From Candidatus Levybacteria bacterium RBG_16_35_11 (lineage in GTDB: Bacteria > Patescibacteriota > Microgenomatia > Levybacterales > UBA12049): DNA of 60,736 nt. Below the pieces are notes generated by a model. The model saw only the letters and a list, made by a program, of their open reading frames with translations. It did no database searches and was not told where the DNA came from. The position numbers and the translations under genes are program-made. The DNA lies in contig MFNH01000071.1 of NCBI GenBank assembly GCA_001781995.1, positions 1-60,736 on the forward strand, given 5' to 3'. Shown here piece by piece: positions 1-8,218 of the stretch (the first letter of the stretch is position 1; each line of letters starts with the position of its first letter).

Positions 1-2
1 AT

Positions 3-31
3 TTGACTCTTTGATTATGTAATGGTAAAAT
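3..31 (+). promoter_or_regulatory. sigma70-type promoter TTGACT-17nt-TAAAAT; the -10 ends 6 nt before the ATG at 38
   Basis: TTGACT at 3-8 and TAAAAT at 26-31, with no Shine-Dalgarno between the -10 and the start codon. Confidence 0.45.
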
Positions 32-37
32 CTCGCA

Positions 38-397
38 ATGCTAGAATTTACAAGGGAAGATGGATCAAAGTTTCAAGCGGGAATTACTCCCACGGAAGTG
101 TTGCATACAAAGAATGAGACGGTTGTCAACTTGGGGATTGAGGTAGCTGGAGTAGAAAACTTGCATGAGGCGAGAGAAGTTACCGATCAGATAGCTCAGT
201 CAGCATGTCAAGCACTCGGAGGTTTGGAGATCAGAGACACAGGAGATGAACTTTGGGTTCCTAAAGGAAACGGAAAGAGTTCATTCGGATTCATAAAATC
301 AACATCTGCTTGGTTAAAAGCAGGTAAAATTCAGGGTGGTTGGAGACCGGTAGACAAATATCCTTCACCTTCCTCAGGAAATCCATTAGGAAATTAA
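38..397 (+). CDS. hypothetical cytoplasmic protein (119 aa)
   Basis: Intact ORF with its own promoter. No motif recognised and no TM segment. Confidence 0.55.
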   Translation: MLEFTREDGSKFQAGITPTEVLHTKNETVVNLGIEVAGVENLHEAREVTDQIAQSACQALGGLEIRDTGDELWVPKGNGKSSFGFIKSTSAWLKAGKIQGGWRPVDKYPSPSSGNPLGN

Positions 398-399
398 AT

Positions 400-1548
400 T
401 TATCTTACAGCTTTTTTTAATTCAGCAATTTTATCTGTTTTTTCCCAGGGGAACTCATTTCTTCCAAAATGTCCATAGGTTGAAGTTTTTCGATAAATCG
501 GTCTTTTTAAGTTTAAGGTTTTAATAATTCCCAAAGGACTCATGTCAAATACACGTCTTATTGCTTTTTCAATTTTTTCATCGCTTACTTTTCCTGTTCC
601 AAAAGTGGTAAGGTGAACAGAAACTGGTTGAGGGTAACCAATTGCATAAGCAATCTGAATTTCACATTTATCAGCAAGCCCTGCTGCAACGACATTTTTA
701 GCAATGTAGCGCGCCATATAAGCTCCTGATCTATCTTGCTTATTAGGGACCTTACCAGAAAATGCTCCACCTCCGTGTCTTGCCATTCCGCCGTAGGTAT
801 CGGCAATTATTTTTCTTCCCGTAACTCCTGTATCTCCTTGCGGTCCACCGGTAACAAATTTACCTGTTTCATTAATATAAATTTTTACATCTTTATGCAA
901 AAGTTTTCCACAAACTGGTTTAATTACATGTTTTATTATGTCCGCTCTTATTTTTTTGTAGGGGATTTTATCATGGTGCTGGGCTGCTATAACTACTGTT
1001 TCAATGGAAACTGGCTTATCATTTTCATACTCAACTGTTACTTGAGCTTTTCCGTCTGGCCGAAGATAGGGGATTATTTTCTTTTTTCTAACCTCAGACA
1101 GTCTTTTTGTTAATCCGTGAGCTAACATTATTGGCATAGGCATTAACTCGGGGGTTTCCTTGCAGGCAAAGCCTACCATCATTCCCTGGTCTCCTGCGCC
1201 ATGGGCTTTATGCAGTGCTTTTTTGGGGTTTTCTCCTTGGGCAATGTCCGGACTTTGTTCATGAATTACATTAATTACAGAACAGCTTTTATAGTCAATT
1301 CCATAGTCTGCATTTGTGTAACCAATATCTTTTAATACATCTCTAACAATTCTTTGGACATCAACATAGGTTTTAGTAGTTATTTCTCCTCCTACCACAA
1401 CCATTCCGGTAGTTGTAAATACCTCACAGCAACAAGCAGAATTGGGATCGTCTTTTAAAACTGCATCAAGTACTGCGTCTGCGATCTGATCACAGATTTT
1501 ATCCGGATGTCCCTCAGTTACTGATTCAGAAGTGAAATATTTCTTCAT
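400..1548 (-). CDS. metK: S-adenosylmethionine synthetase
   Basis: N-terminus [25 protein letters not shown], plus GAGDQGMM and GGGAFSGK motifs; 382 aa is the typical length. Confidence 0.97.
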   Translation of the reverse strand: MKKYFTSESVTEGHPDKICDQIADAVLDAVLKDDPNSACCCEVFTTTGMVVVGGEITTKTYVDVQRIVRDVLKDIGYTNADYGIDYKSCSVINVIHEQSPDIAQGENPKKALHKAHGAGDQGMMVGFACKETPELMPMPIMLAHGLTKRLSEVRKKKIIPYLRPDGKAQVTVEYENDKPVSIETVVIAAQHHDKIPYKKIRADIIKHVIKPVCGKLLHKDVKIYINETGKFVTGGPQGDTGVTGRKIIADTYGGMARHGGGAFSGKVPNKQDRSGAYMARYIAKNVVAAGLADKCEIQIAYAIGYPQPVSVHLTTFGTGKVSDEKIEKAIRRVFDMSPLGIIKTLNLKRPIYRKTSTYGHFGRNEFPWEKTDKIAELKKAVR

Positions 1549-1596
1549 TGATAAAATGAATAATACAAAAAATTGCTTAATCGAGCAAGGAGTAAA

Positions 1597-2070
1597 TTAT
1601 TTCGCAGGTTTTTCTAAACCATCCATGAATTCTCTCGCCTTTAATTCTGCCATCTCTGGGTCTTCGTTACTGGAATAACCACCGCAGTAAAAACTGCCAT
1701 CGTCTCCACGATAAGAATAATAAATTGACAAGCTTTCTCCGTTTGAGCCTGAGATTTCTTTAGGCAATCTCTGAATATGAATGGAATAAGCAGATGGTTT
1801 CCAAATTTTATAGTCAGCCCCATTTCTCTCAAAAGATAAATCGATAAAATCAAAATCAGGATGCCAAGAGTTATGAGAGTATTTCCACCACGTTTCAAAT
1901 AACTTTTCTGTAAATTCTGGAGTGGCAAAGAGTCTTTCGCCCAGTTCCTGAAAAAGCAGGCCGGCTGTTTTTACTATTTCCTGATCTGGTCCTTCCTTTA
2001 CTTCGGAATGAGTAGCAACTTCTTTTCCTCTGCCGCCAAATAATGTTTTAAAATGTCCTCCTACCTTCAT
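1597..2070 (-). CDS. hypothetical protein (157 aa)
   Basis: Intact ORF. The start lies 5 nt downstream of the stop of the cca-like remnant at 2076. No motif recognised. Confidence 0.55.
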   Translation of the reverse strand: MKVGGHFKTLFGGRGKEVATHSEVKEGPDQEIVKTAGLLFQELGERLFATPEFTEKLFETWWKYSHNSWHPDFDFIDLSFERNGADYKIWKPSAYSIHIQRLPKEISGSNGESLSIYYSYRGDDGSFYCGGYSSNEDPEMAELKAREFMDGLEKPAK

Positions 2071-2075
2071 AAATT

Positions 2076-2162
2076 TTAACCAACTTCCTTGATCTTTTTA
2101 AGCAAATAGTCTTTGTTGTTTTTGGAGAGATCTTCCTCTACTTCTTCAAAAAGCTTTTGCAT
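2076..2162 (-). pseudogene. displaced copy of the cca 3' end (28-codon remnant MQKLFEEVEEDLSKNNKDYLLKKIKEVG*)
   Basis: Ungapped match to the last 28 codons of cca (QKLFEEVDEDLSKNTREYLLKRIKNLK*), with the same distance to the stop. The core 2115-2159 matches 4679-4723 at about 40/45 nt by hand alignment. Confidence 0.6.
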
Positions 2163-2316
2163 CTTCCTCTTCTAATTCTTCTTTAATCTCGTCAAGTGTC
2201 TTTCCTGCTTGAAGCATACTTAATATCTTTTTTAAGTTTTGCCTTGCGTCTGATTCTGGATTATCAAGTTCTTTTAATAGTTCAACTTGTCTATTAACTC
2301 CTTTTACATAACTTGC

Positions 2317-2718
2317 TCATTGCACTCTGCATGCTCTTTCGGATGCTAAAATCATCTCTTCTGTAATTCCTGTAGATTCTGTATTCAGGTTTTTTGGATC
2401 AACTGTCTCATGGATTTCAATAAGATTTCCATTTTCAATTTTAGTTCCTATTATTTCCATTAATCCGTTTTTCTCAGGAGATGAAGGATAAACAAATGTT
2501 ATCGATTTTATCTCCTTATCTTTTGACAAAACTGCCCATGGCTCAAGAAGAGTGTAGCCGAAATCCTCCGCTAATAATTGCGTCATTAATTCCATTCGCC
2601 CACCACTAATTCCAGCATATTCGTTTATAACCTCGTCTGATAATCTATTAGCAGGTCTAATCAAGGGATCATGTGGTTTTCTTGGAAAATGTGATAAATC
2701 TAATTCAGGAGCTCTCAT
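2317..2718 (-). CDS. hypothetical protein (133 aa); the frame stays open for 56 more codons past its TGA
   Basis: ORF with a TTGAAT-17-TATATT promoter at 2728-2756. The in-frame continuation runs 2149-2316. Confidence 0.5.
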   Translation of the reverse strand: MRAPELDLSHFPRKPHDPLIRPANRLSDEVINEYAGISGGRMELMTQLLAEDFGYTLLEPWAVLSKDKEIKSITFVYPSSPEKNGLMEIIGTKIENGNLIEIHETVDPKNLNTESTGITEEMILASERACRVQ

Positions 2719-2769
2719 ATTAAAGTGAATATATCAGGAAAAGATCTCTAATTCAAGGGGACTTTTCGC

Positions 2770-2797
2770 TTGACACCCGTGAAAATAATGCTATAAT
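2770..2797 (+). promoter_or_regulatory. promoter TTGACA-16nt-TATAAT for the 181-aa gene
   Basis: TTGACA at 2770-2775 and TATAAT at 2792-2797; the ATG is 18 nt downstream. Confidence 0.5.
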
Positions 2798-2815
2798 CCT
2801 TTCACTTAAACTTTT

Positions 2816-3361
2816 ATGGCAGCAGAAGTAGAAAATCGCTCTGCCCCACCTGAGCTTCCCCAAGAAGAACTCGCAGAAAAATCATATAAAACGATTAATA
2901 ATTTAAAAGATCGTCTTTCCAATATTCCTGAAGTTGCAGCCGCAACTCTAAGAACTTATTTTTCGAGAGGAACATACTCGCATCGAGACGATGAAAAGAG
3001 ACTGCCAATAAACTACGGAGTAGGTTTTAATATCGGACAAGATTATTCAATGTCATCTAGTGAATATGAATTTTCTCTCAGAAAAGGTATTGGATGGGAC
3101 CCCAATAAAGATGGGGTAACCTCAAAACTATCATTAATAAGATATATTTCAAAAAATGTTTGGTGGAGTTTAAACTTGTCTTGTTCGTTTGAAGAAACGA
3201 AAGGAGATAAGACAGTACGGCCGTATTACGGTTCAATACTTTTGGAAAAATGGAGCTCCGGAAATGTCGTAAAAAAGATGGAAGATTCAACAGAAGCTTA
3301 TGATGCAATTCCTAAAACATTTCCCGAGCTTTATCCATCACCTCCAAAACCTTTCTTTTAG
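2816..3361 (+). CDS. hypothetical protein (181 aa)
   Basis: Intact ORF with a near-consensus promoter. No motif recognised. Confidence 0.55.
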   Translation: MAAEVENRSAPPELPQEELAEKSYKTINNLKDRLSNIPEVAAATLRTYFSRGTYSHRDDEKRLPINYGVGFNIGQDYSMSSSEYEFSLRKGIGWDPNKDGVTSKLSLIRYISKNVWWSLNLSCSFEETKGDKTVRPYYGSILLEKWSSGNVVKKMEDSTEAYDAIPKTFPELYPSPPKPFF

Positions 3362-3367
3362 TTCTTT

Positions 3368-3409
3368 TATTCTTTTAAGGAAACATTCGCGGGTGTATTT
3401 AGAAAGAAA
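3368..3409 (-). repeat. second, shorter displaced copy of the cca 3' end
   Basis: About 33/42 nt identical to 4655-4696, including the exact 12-mer attcgcgggtgt. It translates to LSKYTRECFLKRIKEL, compared with LSKNTREYLLKRIKNL in cca. Confidence 0.6.
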
Positions 3410-3438
3410 ATAGCGGGAAAGAATGAAGAATTGAATTT

Positions 3439-4539
3439 TTAGCTTCTACCCCAGTAACCAGTCTTGATTCTTTCTAATATTTTGTCGGTGGCTGCGTTAA
3501 TTTTCATGAGTTCTTCTGGGTCTACGTCTCCTTTATCCGGGTGATAAATACTTGCATAATTTCTTCGTATGCCAAGAACTATTTTTTCAGCATCCTTAGG
3601 AGATCTGCTCGATAATAAATCAGGATCAATTCCCAGAGTTTTGCAGTAACCATATGGATCCTCTGCGCTCGCATTTAATATTCTGATAAAAGGGGATTGA
3701 AAAGGTCTTTCCTTAGTCTCTTTTTTTAATTTCATGTTCTCAAAAAGTGCATTCTGAAGCTCTTCATTAGTTTTTATTAGTCTGCTTTTAATTCTGGCTA
3801 ATATAGTTTCTAAAACTTGCTCACGTGTTTTATCTCCGGTTTCATCTCCTGCGACTACATCTGTTTGGGTAGCTTTCTTCTCATAAATAACTTCAGCATT
3901 GGCGTCGTCGTATCCTGTAATTACAATAATGTTTCCTTCGTATCTAATTTGCAAGAATGGAGTGTAATAAGTAGCATGTTCTTTAATGTCTTTAATGTCC
4001 CAGCTGCTATCAAACACAACAGCTCTAGCTTCATTATTAATAAAACCTAATCTGAGATCCGAAGGCTCACGATCATGCCCCAAAGTTACATGTTCTCCCG
4101 GCTCCATACTAACGATTCCTTCGCTGATATCGTGTCCAGTGACATGTATTGCTGTAGGACCGTATCCATAGAGAGGACAGTTTATACGCACCTTGTTTAA
4201 CCTAATTGGATTATAGGTTTCATCAGTTATATTAACATCAGTAAATTCTCCGTTCCATTTATCCTCAAAAAGCCGGCTAACCTGAACTGTTCGAGGCGGT
4301 ATCCCAAAATCATACAAAAAAACATAAACAGCATATTCACCCGAGGAACTAGAATCAAGCGTATCTAGATCAACTATAGCTTCTGGTCGCTCGGGAGATA
4401 TCGTCTCTCTATGCATTACTATTTGTGGTATCTTGGACTCTTCGGTTTCAGCATTGCCTGACGAATCAACAATAATTGCGGCCTTTCTCAATTCGCCAGA
4501 AAGTGGAACTTTGCTTACTTGGAATTGTTCATTCGCCAT
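3439..4539 (-). CDS. J-domain (DnaJ-like) protein with an unknown N-terminal domain
   Basis: C-terminal J domain containing HPD (RRNYASIYHPDKGD). The start is moved to ATG 4539 because TTGAAG-17-TATATT (4547-4575) lies inside the ORF-track extension. Confidence 0.75.
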   Translation of the reverse strand: MANEQFQVSKVPLSGELRKAAIIVDSSGNAETEESKIPQIVMHRETISPERPEAIVDLDTLDSSSSGEYAVYVFLYDFGIPPRTVQVSRLFEDKWNGEFTDVNITDETYNPIRLNKVRINCPLYGYGPTAIHVTGHDISEGIVSMEPGEHVTLGHDREPSDLRLGFINNEARAVVFDSSWDIKDIKEHATYYTPFLQIRYEGNIIVITGYDDANAEVIYEKKATQTDVVAGDETGDKTREQVLETILARIKSRLIKTNEELQNALFENMKLKKETKERPFQSPFIRILNASAEDPYGYCKTLGIDPDLLSSRSPKDAEKIVLGIRRNYASIYHPDKGDVDPEELMKINAATDKILERIKTGYWGRS

Positions 4540-4546
4540 GTCCGGA

Positions 4547-4575
4547 AATATAGCAAATTTAGTCAATAACTTCAA
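4547..4575 (-). promoter_or_regulatory. promoter TTGAAG-17nt-TATATT, 7 nt upstream of ATG 4539
   Basis: Plus-strand cttcaa at 4570-4575 and aatata at 4547-4552. Confidence 0.45.
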
Positions 4576-4639
4576 CTTTGATAACGAAGAAGATGGGAGT
4601 TAACTTCACACCGCGTAGGTTGAAGGCTAGAGTTGGAAG

Positions 4640-5998
4640 TTACTTAAGATTCTTAATTCTCTTAAGAAGATATTCGCGGGTGTTTTTGGAAAGATCTTCA
4701 TCAACTTCTTCAAAAAGTTTTTGGAGGATTTCTCCTACCTTTTTACTTGGTTTAATGCTTAGCACCTTCATAACATCATTTCCGTCAACTGCCATATCTT
4801 CAACCGAAAAGGGCTTTGGCTTAAGTTGTTCAACAACTCTTTTTTTAAATAATTTTAATCTCCAACTTTCAGCTGTTTGGGTTCCTCCTCCAAGACGGTC
4901 TCCGATTCTTAAATCTATAATGTCTTTTACATTTTCTACCCCAACACGTCTGATAAATCTTCTTATTGCAGAATCTGTGTCTTTTTCATTTACCGAAAAC
5001 ATATGCCATCTTATTAAATTAACAACTCGATCCCTTCCTTTTTTGGAAAATCTTAAGTTTTCGCAAATGTCTTTGGCAATTTTAGCTCCAACAAGTTCAT
5101 GGTTATGAAAAATTACTAATCCTTTTTCGTCTTTTTTCTCTACTTTTGGTTTTCCAACATCATGAATTAAAGAGGCAAACCTAACAATAGGATCGATTGA
5201 CGGGGTAAATTTTAGAGAGAGAAGACCATGGGTAAAAACATCTCCTTTGTGGTGTCTTCCCGGTCGTTCCATCGAAACACCTTTGCCAATCTGAAGTTCA
5301 GGCAGGATGTGAGTTAAAAGCCCACTTTGATCAAGTAGCAAAATTCCTTCATAAGCTTTATTACTGGCTAGAATTTTTAATAATTCGTCTCTAACACGCT
5401 CTTTTGAAATATGAATAATTAAAGGAGAATCTTTTCTTATTTCTTCCCAAGTTTTACCCTCAATTTCAAAATCCAAACAGACTGCAAAACGAATAGCCCT
5501 TATTAGTCTTAAAGCGTCCTCTTTAAATCTCTCGCTTGGGTTACCAACAGCTCTTATTATTTTCTTTTCAAGGTCATCTCTGCCATTGTACGGATCAACA
5601 AAGTGAGGTTCACCTTTGATTAAATCCATTGAGATTGCGTTAACTGTAAAATCTCTGCGCTGTAAATCTTCATCTATTGTTTTTCCCCAAGCTACTTTTT
5701 CAGGGTGTCTTCTATCTTTGTATTCAGACTCGCTTCTATAAGTGGTAACCTCGACAATTTGCTTTTGTTTCTTTATTTCAGCAAGTATTCCAACAGTCCC
5801 AAACTTATTATCATAGAAAGCATCAGGGAATAATTTTAATATTGCCTCTGGAGTAGCATTTGTGGCAAAATCCCAATCCTTTACCGCTGTTTTTAAAATG
5901 ATGTCTCTAACACATCCGCCGACAAAATAAACCTCAAATCCTCCCTTTTTTACTTTTTCAAAAATCTCCAAGATCTCTTTTGGAATTAAGTTGTTCAT
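4640..5998 (-). CDS. cca: CCA-adding tRNA nucleotidyltransferase with HD domain
   Basis: Motifs VGGCVRD, RRDFTVNA and HD (HDVGK); 452 aa. Confidence 0.9.
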   Translation of the reverse strand: MNNLIPKEILEIFEKVKKGGFEVYFVGGCVRDIILKTAVKDWDFATNATPEAILKLFPDAFYDNKFGTVGILAEIKKQKQIVEVTTYRSESEYKDRRHPEKVAWGKTIDEDLQRRDFTVNAISMDLIKGEPHFVDPYNGRDDLEKKIIRAVGNPSERFKEDALRLIRAIRFAVCLDFEIEGKTWEEIRKDSPLIIHISKERVRDELLKILASNKAYEGILLLDQSGLLTHILPELQIGKGVSMERPGRHHKGDVFTHGLLSLKFTPSIDPIVRFASLIHDVGKPKVEKKDEKGLVIFHNHELVGAKIAKDICENLRFSKKGRDRVVNLIRWHMFSVNEKDTDSAIRRFIRRVGVENVKDIIDLRIGDRLGGGTQTAESWRLKLFKKRVVEQLKPKPFSVEDMAVDGNDVMKVLSIKPSKKVGEILQKLFEEVDEDLSKNTREYLLKRIKNLK

Positions 5999-6060
5999 CT
6001 TGTCTGCCTAAATGATAATCTGTTATAGTATAGCAAAACTAATAGGTTTCATTAAACTCT

Positions 6061-7710
6061 ATGAAATATAAAATTCTTTCAAAAACTAAAATAACCGAAA
6101 AATTCACAACGGAAAAGCTAATTGACCTTCTTTTAAAGAATCGGGGAATACAAACAAAAAAAGAAAAAGAATTATTTTTAAACCCAAAACTTTCCGATGT
6201 AACTATTCAATCGGTAGGCATAGATATTAAGGAGGTTGAGAAAGCAAAAAAAAGGATAAATGCGGCAATAAAAAATAAAGAGGCAATTGTAGTTTTTGGA
6301 GATTATGATGTAGATGGGATTTGTGGGACAGCAATTTTATGGGAAACCTTAAATATGGCAGGAGCTAATGTCCTGCCATATATTCCTCATCGGGTAGACG
6401 AAGGATACGGATTATCAATTAAGGGAATCTCAAATGTTAAATCTCAAATGCCAAAGGTCAAATTAATTATTACGGTTGATAATGGAGTTGTAGCAAATAA
6501 AGCAGTTGAATTTGCAAAGGCGCAGGGAATAGAGGTAATTATCACAGACCATCATACTTTTGGGAAAGTTCATCCAAAAAGCTTTGCAATCATTCACACC
6601 AAACGCCTTTGCGGAGCATCTGTTGCTTGGCTTTTTTCAAAAGCAATGGGTTCAAAAGATCAAAGCCATATTGAACTCTGCGCTATTGCAACCATTGCCG
6701 ATTTAGTTCCACTGGTCGGTTTAAATCGGACAGTTGCAAAACTTGGAATAGAAAAATTAAAGACTACAAAAAGAATAGGGATTTTAGAGCTAGTTGAAGA
6801 AGCAGCCTTAGATTTATCTAAAATCACAAGCTTTGAGATAGGTCACATCATTGCCCCAAGGATAAATGCAATGGGAAGAATAGAATATGCAATGGACTCT
6901 CTAAGGCTTTTATGTACAAAAAATAAAGCACGGGCAAAAGAACTTTCAAAAGCAATTTCCGAAACAAATAGAAAAAGACAGACCTTAACTTTAGAAACAA
7001 CTACGGAAATAATTGGCAAGGTTAAAAAAGCAATTGGAAATAAAAAATTGGTTTTTGTAAGCGATGAAAAATATAATCAGGGAATTATTGGTCTTGTTGC
7101 CGGAAAATTAGTTGAGGAATTTTATCTTCCTTCTATTGTTGTCTCGAAAGGGGAAACTGTTTGTAAAGCTTCCGCAAGATCAATAAAGGGATTTAATATT
7201 GTTGACTTTATAAGATGTAGTTCAGATCTTCTGGTTGATGTGGGGGGACATCCAATGGCAGCAGGCTTTACAGTTGAGACAAATAAATTGCTTCTTCTTC
7301 AAAGTAAACTGGAAAAATTAGCCCAAAAAATGGTTCTACCTAATTTGTTGAAAAAGGAAATTATTGTTGATTGTGAAATTCCACTTACACTAATTGATCT
7401 TAAGTTCGTTAAGGAGCTGGAGAAACTTGCTCCTTTTGGCCCTTCCAATACAACCCCTACTTTCTTAACAAAAGGATTAACAGTAGAGGATATTAAACTG
7501 GTTGGGGTAGACAAACGGCACTTAAGACTTGTTTTAATTGATCAAAAAACAGGAACTCGTTCTTATTCAATTGGATTTGGGCTTTCCGAGAAAGCAAAAA
7601 ATATAAGAATTGGGGATAAGGTCAATGTAATTTATACTTTATCAGTAGATGAATGGAACGGAAACCAGAGGATTCAGATGAAGATAAAAGACTTATTTAA
7701 GTCAACCTAA
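6061..7710 (+). CDS. recJ: single-stranded-DNA-specific exonuclease RecJ
   Basis: DHH family motifs GDYDVDG, TVDNG and ITDHH, plus the DHHA1 motif GGHPMAAG. Confidence 0.9.
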   Translation: MKYKILSKTKITEKFTTEKLIDLLLKNRGIQTKKEKELFLNPKLSDVTIQSVGIDIKEVEKAKKRINAAIKNKEAIVVFGDYDVDGICGTAILWETLNMAGANVLPYIPHRVDEGYGLSIKGISNVKSQMPKVKLIITVDNGVVANKAVEFAKAQGIEVIITDHHTFGKVHPKSFAIIHTKRLCGASVAWLFSKAMGSKDQSHIELCAIATIADLVPLVGLNRTVAKLGIEKLKTTKRIGILELVEEAALDLSKITSFEIGHIIAPRINAMGRIEYAMDSLRLLCTKNKARAKELSKAISETNRKRQTLTLETTTEIIGKVKKAIGNKKLVFVSDEKYNQGIIGLVAGKLVEEFYLPSIVVSKGETVCKASARSIKGFNIVDFIRCSSDLLVDVGGHPMAAGFTVETNKLLLLQSKLEKLAQKMVLPNLLKKEIIVDCEIPLTLIDLKFVKELEKLAPFGPSNTTPTFLTKGLTVEDIKLVGVDKRHLRLVLIDQKTGTRSYSIGFGLSEKAKNIRIGDKVNVIYTLSVDEWNGNQRIQMKIKDLFKST

Positions 7711-8041
7711 CTTGATTGGGCTGATTGTTTAGTCCAATTTCTCTGGAAAGTCTTATTATATTTAATACTCCCAGTGCTACAGTTTTCTTTGTATTCAGAT
7801 CTGACGTTTCCAATAATTGCTTGCAGACCTCAATTTTTTCGTCTCTTGATTTCTCATCAACACCAAGAGCTTTTAGCGCATCCCTATAGGAATTTAAATC
7901 TATAACTGGGGTAAAGTTTTTAAAACTAGTTACACCCTCTTCTGTTTGCGCTTCCGCAGAAGAAAGACTCTCTAAGTGTGGCATCCTACCCGCCACTGCT
8001 ATTCCATGGTTATTTTCAAAAATTTTATTTCTTTCACACAT
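7697..8041 (-). CDS. hypothetical protein (114 aa)
   Basis: ORF convergent with recJ, overlapping its end by 14 nt. No motif recognised. Confidence 0.4.
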   Translation of the reverse strand: MCERNKIFENNHGIAVAGRMPHLESLSSAEAQTEEGVTSFKNFTPVIDLNSYRDALKALGVDEKSRDEKIEVCKQLLETSDLNTKKTVALGVLNIIRLSREIGLNNQPNQVRLT

Positions 8042-8183
8042 ATTTTTGCAACAAAAAACTTCCTTTCTAGTAGTCGCAATACAAAAGCGACTTCTATTAG
8101 GAAGTCTTAATAAACTTAATAGCTTTAATATTTAACGTAGATTTCATACTAACAACATCAAATAGTATCACCACATTAATAGC

Positions 8184-8212
8184 TTGTCAAGTCAGTCTTT
8201 TTAAGTTATCAT
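8184..8212 (+). promoter_or_regulatory. promoter TTGTCA-17nt-TATCAT; the -10 ends 6 nt before the aspS ATG
   Basis: TTGTCA at 8184-8189 and TATCAT at 8207-8212; ATG at 8219. Confidence 0.5.
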
Positions 8213-8218
8213 GTAGCT

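Noticed and set aside
585-1113. Two ORFs (73 aa minus strand, 125 aa plus strand) inside metK
   Set aside because: They are alternative-frame or antisense ORFs within a highly conserved gene. The same reasoning applies to 1641-1928, 3078-3308, 3817-4171, 7299-7514, 8875-9075, 9656-9904 and 10877-11062.
2317-2319. The possibility that TGA is a sense codon (genetic code 25 or 4, as in some candidate phyla)
   Set aside because: TGA terminates many well-defined genes exactly at ATGA stop/start overlaps (12830, 48064, 54266, 57477, 59922, 60512). Conserved proteins such as metK, lon and recJ contain no in-frame TGA.
4578-5108. A 176-aa plus-strand ORF
   Set aside because: It is fully nested antisense to the well-supported cca gene. 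It has Ser/Leu/Phe-rich, low-complexity composition typical of a shadow ORF in AT-rich DNA, and no promoter or motif.
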